Assembly (NCBI GenBank): GCA_944333345.1
Contig: CALVKW010000002.1
Span: forward strand, 1-34,976
Origin: an uncultured Bacilli bacterium
GTDB lineage: Bacteria; Bacillota_I; Bacilli_A; RF39; UBA660
Direction: 5' to 3'
Length of the DNA stretch: 34,976 nt
Each line of letters begins with the position of its first letter. Within the stretch, counting starts at the first letter, position 1. Positions 1-9,302 of the stretch are shown in pieces. The position numbers were made by a program, and so were the translations under genes. The notes beneath the pieces were generated by a model, which was given only the letters and a program-made list of their open reading frames with translations, did no database searches and had not been told where the DNA came from.

Positions 1-501
1 GAAATCAATATGGAAAAATATATGAGTTTTTGGTATACTGAAGATGTACAAGAGATAGAGGATAATAAAGAAATCATTATGTTAGATTTGAACTTAGAAG
101 AATTAAAGACTCTATCAAAAAAAGATAGGATGGTGGCCAAGTATATGGAAGAGATTAAAAGAGTAAATGAAGACCCTGATTTTCATGTATTTATGAGTGC
201 CGAAGAAGATAATCGAAAAATAGAGAACTCCATTCGAGAAGAGATGATAGAGAAAGGATTAAAAGAGGGGTTAGAAAGAGGATTAAAAGAAGGTCTAGAA
301 CAAGGTATTGAGAAAGGTGTTAAACAGGGGATAGAACAAGGTGTTAAACAAGGACTTGAGCAAGGAAAGAAAGAAGCTAATAAGCAAGTAGTTATCTCTA
401 TGTTGAATGAGGGATTAGAGGTTTCTTTAATTGCAAGATGTACTAAGCTAGATGTTTCAGAAGTGGAAAAAATGAAAAAAACTATTCAAGAGGGGTTGTA
501 A
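1..501 (+). CDS. Rpn-family (YhgA / 'transposase_31'-like) recombination-promoting nuclease, C-terminal part only; 5' end probably upstream of the window
   Basis: Frame 1 is open from base 1 (gaa atc aat precede the first ATG at 10), so the ORF is probably cut by the window edge. Ten tandem 4-aa units [EK][KQRE]G[LIV] are followed by 'MLNEGLEVSLIARCTKLDVSEVEKMKK'. I associate this layout with C-termini of Rpn/PD-(D/E)XK 'putative transposase' proteins. The catalytic N-terminal domain is not visible. Confidence 0.5.
   Translation, partial: EINMEKYMSFWYTEDVQEIEDNKEIIMLDLNLEELKTLSKKDRMVAKYMEEIKRVNEDPDFHVFMSAEEDNRKIENSIREEMIEKGLKEGLERGLKEGLEQGIEKGVKQGIEQGVKQGLEQGKKEANKQVVISMLNEGLEVSLIARCTKLDVSEVEKMKKTIQEGL
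250..369 (+). repeat. In-frame degenerate 12-nt tandem repeat (10 units) encoding EKGL/KEGL/ERGL/KEGL/EQGI/EKGV/KQGI/EQGV/KQGL/EQGK
   Basis: Read directly from the translation (aa 81-120 of the ORF starting at 10) and from the nucleotide periodicity (gaaaggatta aaagaggggtta gaaagaggatta...). Confidence 0.85.
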
Positions 502-583
502 TATTCTTATAAATTGTGTAAACTATTAGTTGTCAAGGAGTGAGTTCTTATGACAAAGTTTATATTACAATTCTATTATTAAT

Positions 584-632
584 AAAGCAGTACTTTAAGG
601 ATATTTTGTCCTATTTTGAGTACTGCTTTTTT
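584..632 (+). terminator. Rho-independent terminator after the Rpn-like gene
   Basis: aaaGCAGTACT (584-594) pairs with AGTACTGCttt (619-629). There is an inner AGGA/TCCT sub-stem, followed by a T-run at 627-632. Confidence 0.6.
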
Positions 633-648
633 ATTAAATAAAGTTGAG

Positions 649-677
649 TTGAATTTTTAAGTATTTTATGTTATAAT
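649..677 (+). promoter_or_regulatory. SigA-type promoter for the ligase gene
   Basis: TTGAAT (649-654), 17-nt spacer, TATAAT (672-677) with an extended -10 TG at 669-670. Confidence 0.5.
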
Positions 678-702
678 ATGCGCAAATTGAGGGGGATGAT
701 TT

Positions 703-2553
703 ATGGAAATTAAGAATTTTGATGTAAATCAAGAAAAATTAAGAGATATTTATTTGAAGAAACTATTGTTAGGAGAAATACAGGGACCTTTAACAGGTAA
801 GGCATCTATTGATAAACCTTGGCTAAAACATTATGAAGAATTACCAGATTATAAAGAAAATAATAAAACAGTATATCAAGAATTAATTGAAAAAAATGAA
901 AATAGAAAAGAACGCTTGGCGTTAGAATATTTTGGTGCAAAAATTACTTTTGGTGAATTGTTCAAAAAAATTGATGATGTCGCTAAATCATATTATGCTA
1001 ACGGGGTTAGAGAAGGTGATTTTGTAACTATATGTGCTGCGGGAACACCGGAAACGGTATACTCTTTTTATGCATTGTCTAAAATAGGTGCTGTTTCTAA
1101 TATGATAGCTCCACATTTTGATCATGAACAACTTATTAGAAGAATAGAAGATTGTAATAGTGATATTTTAGTTGTTATGGATACTTTTTATGATAATATC
1201 AAGGATGCAATTGCTAGATCACGTATTAAAAAAACAGTTGTTATACCGACATTGAATGCTTCATTGCTTGGACTAGTAACAAAGAAACATAAAATTGATA
1301 GAAATAACAATGAAGTATATTGGAATGAATTTATAAAAGAAGGTAAAAATATTGGATTTGTTCCAGAATGTGAATATAAAATGGAACACCCTTTGGCAAT
1401 GGTTTATTCTAGTGGAACAACAGGTGCGGCAAAAGGAATTTTATTAACTAATGATAGTTTTCAAAATTCTGTATATGCGTATGATAAAATGGGATTTGAT
1501 TTCCGTTCTGGTCTAAAATTATATCAAATAGTACCACCATGGTTTTCAACAGGATTAAGTACATCTATTCATTTACCTTTATCAAAAGGGGTATCTGTAT
1601 ATATGGATCCAAGATTTGATCGTAAACATTTTGTTAAGAATATTGTGAGAGCTAAAACAAATTATACTATTGCTCCAACAAGTATGTATGAAGGTTTTTT
1701 GGATAAATCGTTAATTAAAAATAAAAATCTTTCACATTTGACATATCCTTTTGAAGGCGGAGAACCTTTAAGTATTGAAGTTAGAAGTGCAGTTGAAACT
1801 GTTTTCCGTGAGCATGGTAGTAATGCTGAATTAAAAGTGGGATACGGACAGTGTGAAGGTGGAGCAGGAATTACTACTGAAATACATAACTTTCAACATC
1901 CTAAAGGAACTGTTGGAATTCCTTTATCTGGAGTTATTATAGGAATATTTGATGAAAATAAAAATGAGTTGACCTATGGTCATAGAGGTGAAGTACTCGC
2001 TAGTACACCGTGTAGAATGAAAGAGTATTATAAGAATGAAGATGCAACAAATCAGTATTTCTATGTTGATCGAAATGGTAGAAAATGGAATTGTACTGGA
2101 GATGTTGGATATATTGATGAAGATGGATATTTGTATATTGAAGGAAGAGCTAGCGATTATAGTATGGTAGGAGATAGAAAAGTTTACAACTTTGATGTTG
2201 AATCAGCAATTAAAAATGTAGAAGGAATTGCCAATGTAGATGTTTTGGAGAAAAACGATGAAGCAGAAGAAAATAAAATGGCTGTTCATATTATACCAAC
2301 TGGCGAATTTATGACATCTATTAGTAATAATCCAAAAGTATTAGCAGATAAGATTTTTGAGCTTCAAACATTAATTTTTGATAAATTTCAAGATGAAACT
2401 TTGGTTCCAACAATATTTAAGCTTAGAGAATCATTCCCTCATGCAAAATCGGGAAAGCGTGATACAGTAAGTATGATGAATGAAACAGATGGGTTTATAA
2501 AATGTCCATATGACGCAAAAAAAAGTGCAAAAGTTAAACAAGTAGTTGCATAA
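703..2553 (+). CDS. ANL-superfamily adenylate-forming enzyme (acyl-CoA synthetase / AMP-dependent ligase), substrate unknown
   Basis: 616-aa ORF with RBS GAGGGGGA about 8 nt upstream. AMP-binding signature 'YSSGTTGAAKGILLT', plus 'GYGQCEGG', 'TGDVGYIDEDGYLYIEGRASD' and the C-terminal catalytic-Lys context 'KSGKRD'. Confidence 0.85.
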   Translation: MEIKNFDVNQEKLRDIYLKKLLLGEIQGPLTGKASIDKPWLKHYEELPDYKENNKTVYQELIEKNENRKERLALEYFGAKITFGELFKKIDDVAKSYYANGVREGDFVTICAAGTPETVYSFYALSKIGAVSNMIAPHFDHEQLIRRIEDCNSDILVVMDTFYDNIKDAIARSRIKKTVVIPTLNASLLGLVTKKHKIDRNNNEVYWNEFIKEGKNIGFVPECEYKMEHPLAMVYSSGTTGAAKGILLTNDSFQNSVYAYDKMGFDFRSGLKLYQIVPPWFSTGLSTSIHLPLSKGVSVYMDPRFDRKHFVKNIVRAKTNYTIAPTSMYEGFLDKSLIKNKNLSHLTYPFEGGEPLSIEVRSAVETVFREHGSNAELKVGYGQCEGGAGITTEIHNFQHPKGTVGIPLSGVIIGIFDENKNELTYGHRGEVLASTPCRMKEYYKNEDATNQYFYVDRNGRKWNCTGDVGYIDEDGYLYIEGRASDYSMVGDRKVYNFDVESAIKNVEGIANVDVLEKNDEAEENKMAVHIIPTGEFMTSISNNPKVLADKIFELQTLIFDKFQDETLVPTIFKLRESFPHAKSGKRDTVSMMNETDGFIKCPYDAKKSAKVKQVVA

Positions 2554-2559
2554 TATTAT

Positions 2560-2594
2560 AAGAATGTAGATTATTCTTTTACATTCTTTTTTTT
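2560..2594 (+). terminator. Rho-independent terminator after the ligase gene
   Basis: AAGAATGTA (2560-2568) pairs with TACATTCTT (2580-2588) around an 11-nt loop. T-run at 2587-2594. Confidence 0.65.
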
Positions 2595-2623
2595 ATGCTA
2601 TAATTAATAATAGAGGTGGTAGT

Positions 2624-4885
2624 ATGATAGTATCAAATATGACAATGTTATTATTATTTTGCATTATATATATGTTGTGTTTGTCAGCAATTTATTTTTC
2701 AAAACAGAGAATAGATAATCAAGAGAATAAAATATATAAAAAATTAATAGTTTTGAATATAATTGGTTTAATCATTCAATTAATGTGTGATTATGTATCA
2801 TATAAGTATGATTCTATTAATCCAATTTTTTCTAATTTTATATTAAGAATATATTTAGTTTATTTTATATTATGGATAAATCAATTTATGTCTTATCTTA
2901 TCACGATAACAAGAGATAAGTTTGATAATATTTGGTTTAAAATTTTTACGATAATTGAAAGTGTTGTAGCTTTTATATTGCCATTTGAATTGTATACTGA
3001 TAATGTTAAAGGAATTTATTATACAACGGGTCCAGCTATTACTTTTACCTTTATATTATCAGCCATAATAATTACTATAATGATTTTTTTAGTTATTAAA
3101 TACTGGAAAAAGAGTGATAAAAAGAAATTGATTCCTATTTTGTTATTTGCAATTTTTGGCTTGTTTGCAGCGATATTGCAAATGTCACATCCGGAATTGG
3201 TTATTACTACGGTTACGGAAAGTTTAGTATGTTTTATTATGTATTTCACTATTGAAAATCCTGATATAAAAATTATAGAGCAATTGCAACTTGCTAAAGA
3301 ACAAGCTGATAAAGCTAATCAAGCTAAGACTGATTTCTTGTCTAGTATGTCTCATGAAATACGTACTCCTTTAAATGCTATTGTTGGATTTAGTGATTGT
3401 GTTCGTCATGCTAAGACTTTAGATGAAGCCAAGGATAATGCTAAAGATATTATGAATGCTTCTAATACTTTATTAGAGATTGTTAATGGAATCTTGGATA
3501 TTTCTAAAATCGAGGCTGGTAAGTTAGAAATTGTTAATTCTCCTTATGATGCCAAAGAATTATTTTCTAGTCTTGCGAAACTTATTAAGCCTAGGATGGA
3601 TGAAAAGGGTCTTGATTTTCAAGTTTATATTGCTCCAGATTTACCTAAGGTTTTATATGGTGATCATACGAATGTAAAAAAAGTTGTTACTAATATTTTG
3701 AGTAATGCTTCTAAATACACAGATAAAGGGTTTGTTCGTTATGAAGTTAATTGTGTCAACAATAATAATCGTTGCCGTTTGATTATTTCAGTAGAAGATA
3801 GTGGACGTGGAATTAAAAAAGAAAATATAGATAAATTATTTACCAAATTTCAGAGGTTAGAAGAAGATCGAAATACTACGATTGAAGGTACTGGACTTGG
3901 ACTTGCAATTACGAAACAGTTAGTAGAATTAATGGGAGGTAAAGTTATTGTTCATACTGTTTATGGAGAAGGTTCTAAGTTTACGATTATTTTAGAACAA
4001 CCTATTGAAAAAGAAAGTGCCTTACAAAAAGTACAAGGACCGAATTTGACACATTTAGACCTTACTGGTGTTAAAATATTGGTTGTTGATGACAATACTT
4101 TGAATTTAAAAGTGTCTACTAAACTATTCGAAAGATACCATGCGACGATAGAGTGTGTAGATAGTGGATTCCGTTGTCTTGAAAAGATACAAGCTGGAGA
4201 AAAATATGATATTATTTTGCTAGATGATATGATGCCTAAAATGAGTGGCGTAGAAACATTAAAAAAATTAAAACAACTTCCTAATTTTTCTATACCAGTT
4301 ATTGCTTTAACTGCGAATGCGATTACTGGTATGAGAGAAAAGTATATGAATGATGGATTTGATGATTATTTGGCTAAACCTATTGAAAAGGATGAAATGT
4401 TACGAGTTTTTGCTTCTGTTTTACACTTAGATCAAGAACCGATAGATAAAACATTTGATGCTCCAGAACTTTTGGAATTAGAAGAAGATGTTAATACTGA
4501 TTCTTCTTCTAAAGATGCTATTTATAATCAGGATTATTTAAGAAGTCATGGCGTTGATATTGATCAATCTTTAGATCTTTTAGGAGATATGGAGATGTAT
4601 CATATGACACTTCATGATTATTTGGAAGAAATTGATGGTAAGGTCGAGCAATTAAAAAAATATTTGGATGTTCATGATATGCCAAATTATGCTATTGTAG
4701 TTCATTCGATGAAAAGTGATGCTAAATATTTGGGATTTATGTCATATGCTGATATTTGCTATCAACATGAATTAAAAAGTAAAGAAAATAATTATAATTA
4801 TTGTGTAGAACATTTTGATGAATTAAAAAACGAACTGCAAAAATATTTAGATGTAGTTCGTCCTTATAGTAAACATGTTAGTTAA
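2624..4885 (+). CDS. Unorthodox hybrid sensor histidine kinase (multi-TM sensor, HisKA, HATPase_c, REC, HPt)
   Basis: The N-terminal ~210 aa has about 6 hydrophobic helices. H-box '[14 protein letters not shown]'; ATP-lid boxes 'DSGRGI' and '[18 protein letters not shown]'. Receiver '[11 protein letters not shown]...[12 protein letters not shown]...ALTANA...KP'. C-terminal HPt '[11 protein letters not shown]'. An extended -10 TGCTATAAT lies at 2596-2604. Confidence 0.9.
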   Translation: MIVSNMTMLLLFCIIYMLCLSAIYFSKQRIDNQENKIYKKLIVLNIIGLIIQLMCDYVSYKYDSINPIFSNFILRIYLVYFILWINQFMSYLITITRDKFDNIWFKIFTIIESVVAFILPFELYTDNVKGIYYTTGPAITFTFILSAIIITIMIFLVIKYWKKSDKKKLIPILLFAIFGLFAAILQMSHPELVITTVTESLVCFIMYFTIENPDIKIIEQLQLAKEQADKANQAKTDFLSSMSHEIRTPLNAIVGFSDCVRHAKTLDEAKDNAKDIMNASNTLLEIVNGILDISKIEAGKLEIVNSPYDAKELFSSLAKLIKPRMDEKGLDFQVYIAPDLPKVLYGDHTNVKKVVTNILSNASKYTDKGFVRYEVNCVNNNNRCRLIISVEDSGRGIKKENIDKLFTKFQRLEEDRNTTIEGTGLGLAITKQLVELMGGKVIVHTVYGEGSKFTIILEQPIEKESALQKVQGPNLTHLDLTGVKILVVDDNTLNLKVSTKLFERYHATIECVDSGFRCLEKIQAGEKYDIILLDDMMPKMSGVETLKKLKQLPNFSIPVIALTANAITGMREKYMNDGFDDYLAKPIEKDEMLRVFASVLHLDQEPIDKTFDAPELLELEEDVNTDSSSKDAIYNQDYLRSHGVDIDQSLDLLGDMEMYHMTLHDYLEEIDGKVEQLKKYLDVHDMPNYAIVVHSMKSDAKYLGFMSYADICYQHELKSKENNYNYCVEHFDELKNELQKYLDVVRPYSKHVS

Positions 4886-5336
4886 TATTTAATAAATATA
4901 TTGATAATGAAAGAACACTTGCAAATAAGCTAAATAAGATATATATAATTAAGTGCTTTGCACTTTTTTCTTTTAAATCTTTTGTTTCTTTATATAAAAA
5001 TAGAGAAGTAATAAAAGTTGAGATACATGAGACGAAACCTAAGAAGTTACTTTTTAGTAAAAAGAATATTGGTTGAAAAGACTCATTAGCTAAATAATTT
5101 AATAATAAGGTATACTTATATGACTTAGGTATATCTTTTATTTTGTAAGTATTGATTATTTGATAAATACTTATACTAATACCGATATAGATAATAGTCC
5201 ATATAATACTATAGGCTATTTGTGGTGGTGTAAAGAATGGTAAAGTTGGAGAATTATAGTATGTTTTATTGATAGGAATTAGAGAAGATAAGAACCAAGG
5301 CAGTAAGATAATTATGAATTTAAAGCAAGCTTTCAT
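4878..5336 (-). CDS. tspO: TspO/MBR family tryptophan-rich sensory protein
   Basis: 152-aa, 5-TM ORF. '[38 protein letters not shown]', '[16 protein letters not shown]' and the C-terminal '[17 protein letters not shown]' follow the conserved TspO layout. The 3' end overlaps the convergent kinase gene by 8 nt. Confidence 0.75.
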   Translation of the reverse strand: MKACFKFIIILLPWFLSSLIPINKTYYNSPTLPFFTPPQIAYSIIWTIIYIGISISIYQIINTYKIKDIPKSYKYTLLLNYLANESFQPIFFLLKSNFLGFVSCISTFITSLFLYKETKDLKEKSAKHLIIYILFSLFASVLSLSIYLLNIN

Positions 5337-5401
5337 AAAACACCTCTTTCTTTATTTTATGTTTTAGTATATAATATTATTAGTAATTTTGGAGGGATTA
5401 G

Positions 5402-6553
5402 ATGGAAAATGAAATTTTAATGGATGACAAGAATGTTCTTGTGATGAAATTACTTCATTATTTTATTATAGATAAAAATTATAATCCTATTATATTACAA
5501 GGGGTTGAAAATGAAATTTGGTTAGAAAATTTGGATGAAGATTATAAAGTCGTTCGAATTGTTTCTTCTTATATACATAATGATGAACAGTTTAATTTTG
5601 ATATGTTTAAGACAAAACGCATTGTTAAGAAAATTAAGAAAAAGACGTTATCATTTAGTATTAATACCTTAAGTATATTTTTGGATTTAGGAGATAATGT
5701 AAGCCAAGACATTCATGCTATTCCTAATGTTGAATGTGTAAAAATTGATACCGAAGCTGATTTTAAGAAAAGTGATATTATTAAAAAGAAATTTCCTGAT
5801 TTAACTAAAAAATTGAAATATAGTGAAGAAGGTATTGCTTTGTTTGCTAAAATCACTAGTGATATTAATGAACATAATAAAAAAGATGCGAAAAAAATAA
5901 ATGCAGTATTTAAAAATAAGTTTCCTATGATTACCTATTGGCTTATTGCAGTTAATGTTATTTTGTATGTGGTTCCTATTTTATTTGGACAATATAATGA
6001 TTTAATTAATAATTATTCTGTATGGGGACCGGCTATTCGTGAGGGCCAGGTTTATAGATTGTTTACAGGTATGTTTTTACATGGTGGATTAGTTCATTTG
6101 TTATTTAACTGTTATGCTTTATATGTGATTGGCTCACAAGTAGAAAGTTTTTTAGGAAAATTTAAATTTTTAGTTATTTATTTAGTTGCTGGTATTAGTG
6201 GGGCACTATTTTCTATGATTTTTGGTGGAAACTATGCATCTATTGGTGCTAGTGGTGCTATCTTTGGATTGATGGGAGCTTTAGTTTATTTTGGATATCA
6301 CTATCGTGTATATTTAGGAAACGTTGTTAAAAGTCAGATTATTCCTTTAATTGTACTTAACTTAGCATTAGGATTCTTTATGACTGGTATTGATAATTTC
6401 GCTCATATCGGAGGACTTATTGGTGGAACTTTAATGTCTATTGCGTTAGGTGTAAAAGATAAGAGTAGTTGGTTTGAAAGAATCAATGGTTGGATAATAA
6501 CAGCTATCTTTTTAGCATTTGCGATTTATATGGCTTTTATCTATACTGTATAG
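5402..6553 (+). CDS. Rhomboid-family intramembrane serine protease with N-terminal cytoplasmic domain (GluP/YqgP-type)
   Basis: C-terminal 6-TM core with rhomboid motifs 'HLLFNCYALY', 'GASGAIFGLMGA' (GxSG catalytic Ser) and 'AHIGGLIGG' (catalytic His). RBS GGAGGGA; -10 TATAAT at 5370-5375. Confidence 0.85.
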   Translation: MENEILMDDKNVLVMKLLHYFIIDKNYNPIILQGVENEIWLENLDEDYKVVRIVSSYIHNDEQFNFDMFKTKRIVKKIKKKTLSFSINTLSIFLDLGDNVSQDIHAIPNVECVKIDTEADFKKSDIIKKKFPDLTKKLKYSEEGIALFAKITSDINEHNKKDAKKINAVFKNKFPMITYWLIAVNVILYVVPILFGQYNDLINNYSVWGPAIREGQVYRLFTGMFLHGGLVHLLFNCYALYVIGSQVESFLGKFKFLVIYLVAGISGALFSMIFGGNYASIGASGAIFGLMGALVYFGYHYRVYLGNVVKSQIIPLIVLNLALGFFMTGIDNFAHIGGLIGGTLMSIALGVKDKSSWFERINGWIITAIFLAFAIYMAFIYTV

Positions 6554-6582
6554 AATATTACAATTCGTAATATTCTTTTTTT
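6552..6582 (+). terminator. Rho-independent terminator after the rhomboid gene
   Basis: 10-bp stem AGAATATTAC (6552-6561) / GTAATATTCT (6567-6576), 5-nt loop, T-run 6576-6582. Confidence 0.7.
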
Positions 6583-6585
6583 AGG

Positions 6586-6614
6586 TTGTAATTGATTTTA
6601 AAGAATGGTAAAAT
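6586..6614 (+). promoter_or_regulatory. SigA-type promoter for the ireB-ruvX-DUF1292-mltG operon
   Basis: TTGTAA (6586-6591), 17-nt spacer, TAAAAT (6609-6614) preceded by TG (6606-6607). Confidence 0.5.
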
Positions 6615-6643
6615 AGAATTAAATATTATAGTGAGGTGATATT

Positions 6644-6898
6644 ATGTCACAAGATAAGACTAGTCTATTTAATATTAAAGATATTGATACGGAGTTAGTT
6701 TATAGTATTCTTGGTGAAGTATGGGATGCTTTAGAAGAAAGAGGATATAATCCTAGTAATCAAATTGTGGGTTACTTGATTAGTGGAGATCCTGGATATA
6801 TTTCTAGTTATAAAGATGCACGTAATAATATTCAGCAGATTGATCGTGCTAAAATTATAGAAGTCTTGTTGCAGGAGTTTTATAAACATAAGAAATGA
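6644..6898 (+). CDS. ireB: IreB-family regulatory phosphoprotein (UPF0297, YrzL-like)
   Basis: 84 aa. 'VYSILGEVWDALEERGYNPSNQIVGYLISGDPGYISSYKDARNNIQQIDR' is the conserved UPF0297 core. Sits in the conserved position upstream of ruvX. Confidence 0.9.
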   Translation: MSQDKTSLFNIKDIDTELVYSILGEVWDALEERGYNPSNQIVGYLISGDPGYISSYKDARNNIQQIDRAKIIEVLLQEFYKHKK

Positions 6899-7308
6899 AA
6901 TATTTAGGATTGGATTTAGGAAGTCGTACTTTAGGAATAGCGAAAAGTGATGCCATGGGACTTATTGCCAGTAGTTATGGTGTGATTCGTCATCAAGAGG
7001 AATATTCTAGATTGATTGATGAAGTTGTTAGGTTAGTTGATTTAGAGAAGATTGATGCTATTGTGCTGGGTTTTCCTAAAAATATGAATAATTCTATTGG
7101 TCCTAAAGGTGAACTTAGCTTAAAGTTTAAGAAAGAATTAGAAAAAAGATTGTCTATTCCAATTTATTTACAAGATGAAAGATTATCTACTAAGAGTGCT
7201 ACTGATTTGTTGATTTCTGGGAACGTTTCTAGAAAGGGACGGAAGAAAGTAGTCGATAGTGTAGCAGCAACTATAATATTACAGACATATTTAGATAAGG
7301 AGAAATGA
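6895..7308 (+). CDS. ruvX: Putative pre-16S rRNA nuclease / Holliday junction resolvase-like YqgF
   Basis: 137 aa. N-terminal 'YLGLDLGSRTLGIAKSD' plus '...LGFPKNMNNSIGP...DERLST..A' match RuvX/YqgF. ATGA overlap with ireB. Confidence 0.9.
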   Translation: MKYLGLDLGSRTLGIAKSDAMGLIASSYGVIRHQEEYSRLIDEVVRLVDLEKIDAIVLGFPKNMNNSIGPKGELSLKFKKELEKRLSIPIYLQDERLSTKSATDLLISGNVSRKGRKKVVDSVAATIILQTYLDKEK

Positions 7309-7312
7309 GTTT

Positions 7313-7606
7313 ATGAAAAAGAATAGTTTTACCATGATTGATGACAATGGAAATGAAACGGTATATGATATATTATTTACATTTGAAAGTGAGGAGACTC
7401 ATAAAAATTATATTGTTTATACCGATAATACGAGAGATGAAGCTGGTAATGTAGAAGTTTATGCTTCTATTTATAATCCAGAAGATCCTCATAGTAGATT
7501 AGAGGCTATTGAGACAGAAAAAGAATGGAAAGTAATTGAGACTATTCTTGAAACTTTACAAGAAGAAGTTAGAAAACAACAGAATAATCAGGATGATGAG
7601 CAATAG
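7313..7606 (+). CDS. DUF1292 protein (YrzB-like)
   Basis: 97 aa, acidic. 'DDNGNETVYDILFTFESEETHKNYIVYTD' is the typical DUF1292 core. Conserved position between ruvX and mltG. Confidence 0.8.
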   Translation: MKKNSFTMIDDNGNETVYDILFTFESEETHKNYIVYTDNTRDEAGNVEVYASIYNPEDPHSRLEAIETEKEWKVIETILETLQEEVRKQQNNQDDEQ

Positions 7607-7632
7607 CTCTTTATTTTTCTGGAGGGGTATTT

Positions 7633-8703
7633 ATGGTAGTGAGAAGAAGACCAAAACCGTTACTAATTTTTTTAGTCGCTACTGGTTCTTTTTTAATTTT
7701 ACTGGCGGCAGTTTATTTGTTTTTAGCTAGTCCTGTAGATAGGAATGATCATGAAATGATAGATGTAGTTGTTCCTAGTGGTACAGGAGTTTCTGGCGTT
7801 GCTAAGATATTAAAGGAGAATGATTTGATTCGTAGTGAGTTGTTATTTACTCTTACTGTTAGAAGTAAAAGAGATTTATATTTACAAGCTTCTACTTATC
7901 AATTTAGTAGAGATATGTCAATGGAAGAAATCATTCATCAGTTGTCTTCTGGTAATAGTTATAATCCAGATGCTATTACGATTACTTTTAGAGAAGGAGA
8001 GAGAATTACCGATTATGCTGATGCCATTGCAGAAGTGACAAATCATACGACTGAAGAAGTTTTAAATACAATTAATGATCCTAATTATTTACAGGAACTT
8101 ATGAGTAGATATTGGTTTTTAACTGATTCTGTTTTACAAGAAGGTATATATTATCCATTGGAGGGGTATTTGGCACCAGATACTTATGAATTTAAAGATA
8201 AAGATGTAACAATTACTACAATTATTGAGACTATGCTTGATGAGATGGAAAGTGAATTAGAACCATATCGAAATATGATTTCAGATAATGTACATTATTA
8301 TATGACAATGGCTTCTATGATAGAATTGGAAGGAACTAATACAGATAACCGTAAAATGATTGCAGGAATTTTTGAAAATAGATTGGAAGCTAATATGAAT
8401 TTGGGTAGTGATGTAACTACATATTATGCTTTACAATATCCTATGACTAGTGATTTAACTACAGAACAGTTTGCGACTATTAATCCTTATAATACTAGAG
8501 CATCTAATATGAGAGGCAGAATGCCGATTGGACCGATTTGTAATCCTAGTTTATCTAGTTTGGAGGCTAGTATTGAACCAATAGATAGTACATATTTGTA
8601 TTTTGTTGCTGACAAAAATGGAAATATATTTTATACTAATACCTTAGCTGAACATGAAGCTATGGTACAGGAGATAAAAGATAAAGGTGATTGGATATGG
8701 TAG
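7633..8703 (+). CDS. mltG: Endolytic murein transglycosylase MltG (YceG-like)
   Basis: N-terminal TM anchor. 'LEGYLAPDTYEF', 'MASMIELEG', 'NPYNTRASNMRGRMPIGPICNPSLSSLEA' and 'YLYFVADKNGNIFYTNTLAEHE' match YceG/MltG signatures. RBS GGAGGGG. Confidence 0.9.
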   Translation: MVVRRRPKPLLIFLVATGSFLILLAAVYLFLASPVDRNDHEMIDVVVPSGTGVSGVAKILKENDLIRSELLFTLTVRSKRDLYLQASTYQFSRDMSMEEIIHQLSSGNSYNPDAITITFREGERITDYADAIAEVTNHTTEEVLNTINDPNYLQELMSRYWFLTDSVLQEGIYYPLEGYLAPDTYEFKDKDVTITTIIETMLDEMESELEPYRNMISDNVHYYMTMASMIELEGTNTDNRKMIAGIFENRLEANMNLGSDVTTYYALQYPMTSDLTTEQFATINPYNTRASNMRGRMPIGPICNPSLSSLEASIEPIDSTYLYFVADKNGNIFYTNTLAEHEAMVQEIKDKGDWIW

Positions 8704-9290
8704 GAAATTATTCTATGATTCGAGAGATTAAGGAGTATGCTAAACAAAATAATATTCCTATTATGGTAGATGATGGCATCGATTTTTTAACTACGTTTAT
8801 TTTAAAAAAGCATGTTCGTTCTATTTTGGAAATAGGAACTGCTATTGGGTATTCGGCAATTATGATGGCTCTTGTGGATCCTAATGTAAAAATTACTAGT
8901 ATTGAAAGAGATGAAAAAAGATATTTAGAAGCTTTAAAAAATGTGAAGGCTTTTGATTTGGAAGATAGAATAACATTGATTTATAATGATGCATTTAATG
9001 TGAAATTAGAGGAAGAATATGATTTAATATTTATTGATGCAGCGAAAGCTCAAAGTATTAAGTTTTTTGAAATGTTTGAACATAACTTAAAAACCGGTGG
9101 TGCTATTATTACTGATAATTTGAAATTTCATGGTTTCGTTGAGAAAAAAGAGTGTGATATTCCGAGTAAAAATTTACGGGCATTGGTAAGAAAGATTAAA
9201 GATTATATTTCCTATTTGAAAAGTAATTCTAGATATGATACAGAGTTTTTAGATGTTGGTGATGGTATTTCTATAAGTATTAAAAAATAG
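8697..9290 (+). CDS. yrrM: Class I SAM-dependent O-methyltransferase, family 3 (B. subtilis YrrM/TrmR-like)
   Basis: 'ILEIGTAIGYSAIMMA' (SAM motif I), 'ITSIERDE', 'DLIFIDAAK' and 'GGAIITDN'. Synteny mltG-yrrM-(U32,U32)-greA as in Bacillus. The track ORF starts at TTG 8691; I prefer ATG 8697 (RBS AAAGGTGA 6-7 nt upstream). The start is uncertain. Confidence 0.75.
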   Translation: MVGNYSMIREIKEYAKQNNIPIMVDDGIDFLTTFILKKHVRSILEIGTAIGYSAIMMALVDPNVKITSIERDEKRYLEALKNVKAFDLEDRITLIYNDAFNVKLEEEYDLIFIDAAKAQSIKFFEMFEHNLKTGGAIITDNLKFHGFVEKKECDIPSKNLRALVRKIKDYISYLKSNSRYDTEFLDVGDGISISIKK

Positions 9291-9302
9291 TGGGGTGGTT
9301 TG

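Noticed and set aside
5402-6553. The rhomboid protease as the 'missing' prepilin peptidase for the Tad pilins.
   Set aside because: It is a canonical GluP/YqgP-type rhomboid in a housekeeping context 23 kb away with its own promoter and terminator. Prepilin peptidases are A24 aspartyl proteases, and nothing links it to the cluster.
8691-8703. The mltG/methyltransferase overlap, and other short overlaps (6895, 12019, 21102, 27730, 34864), as programmed frameshift sites.
   Set aside because: Each downstream ORF has its own start codon and RBS at the right distance, and there are no slippery heptamers. These are ordinary translational-coupling overlaps.
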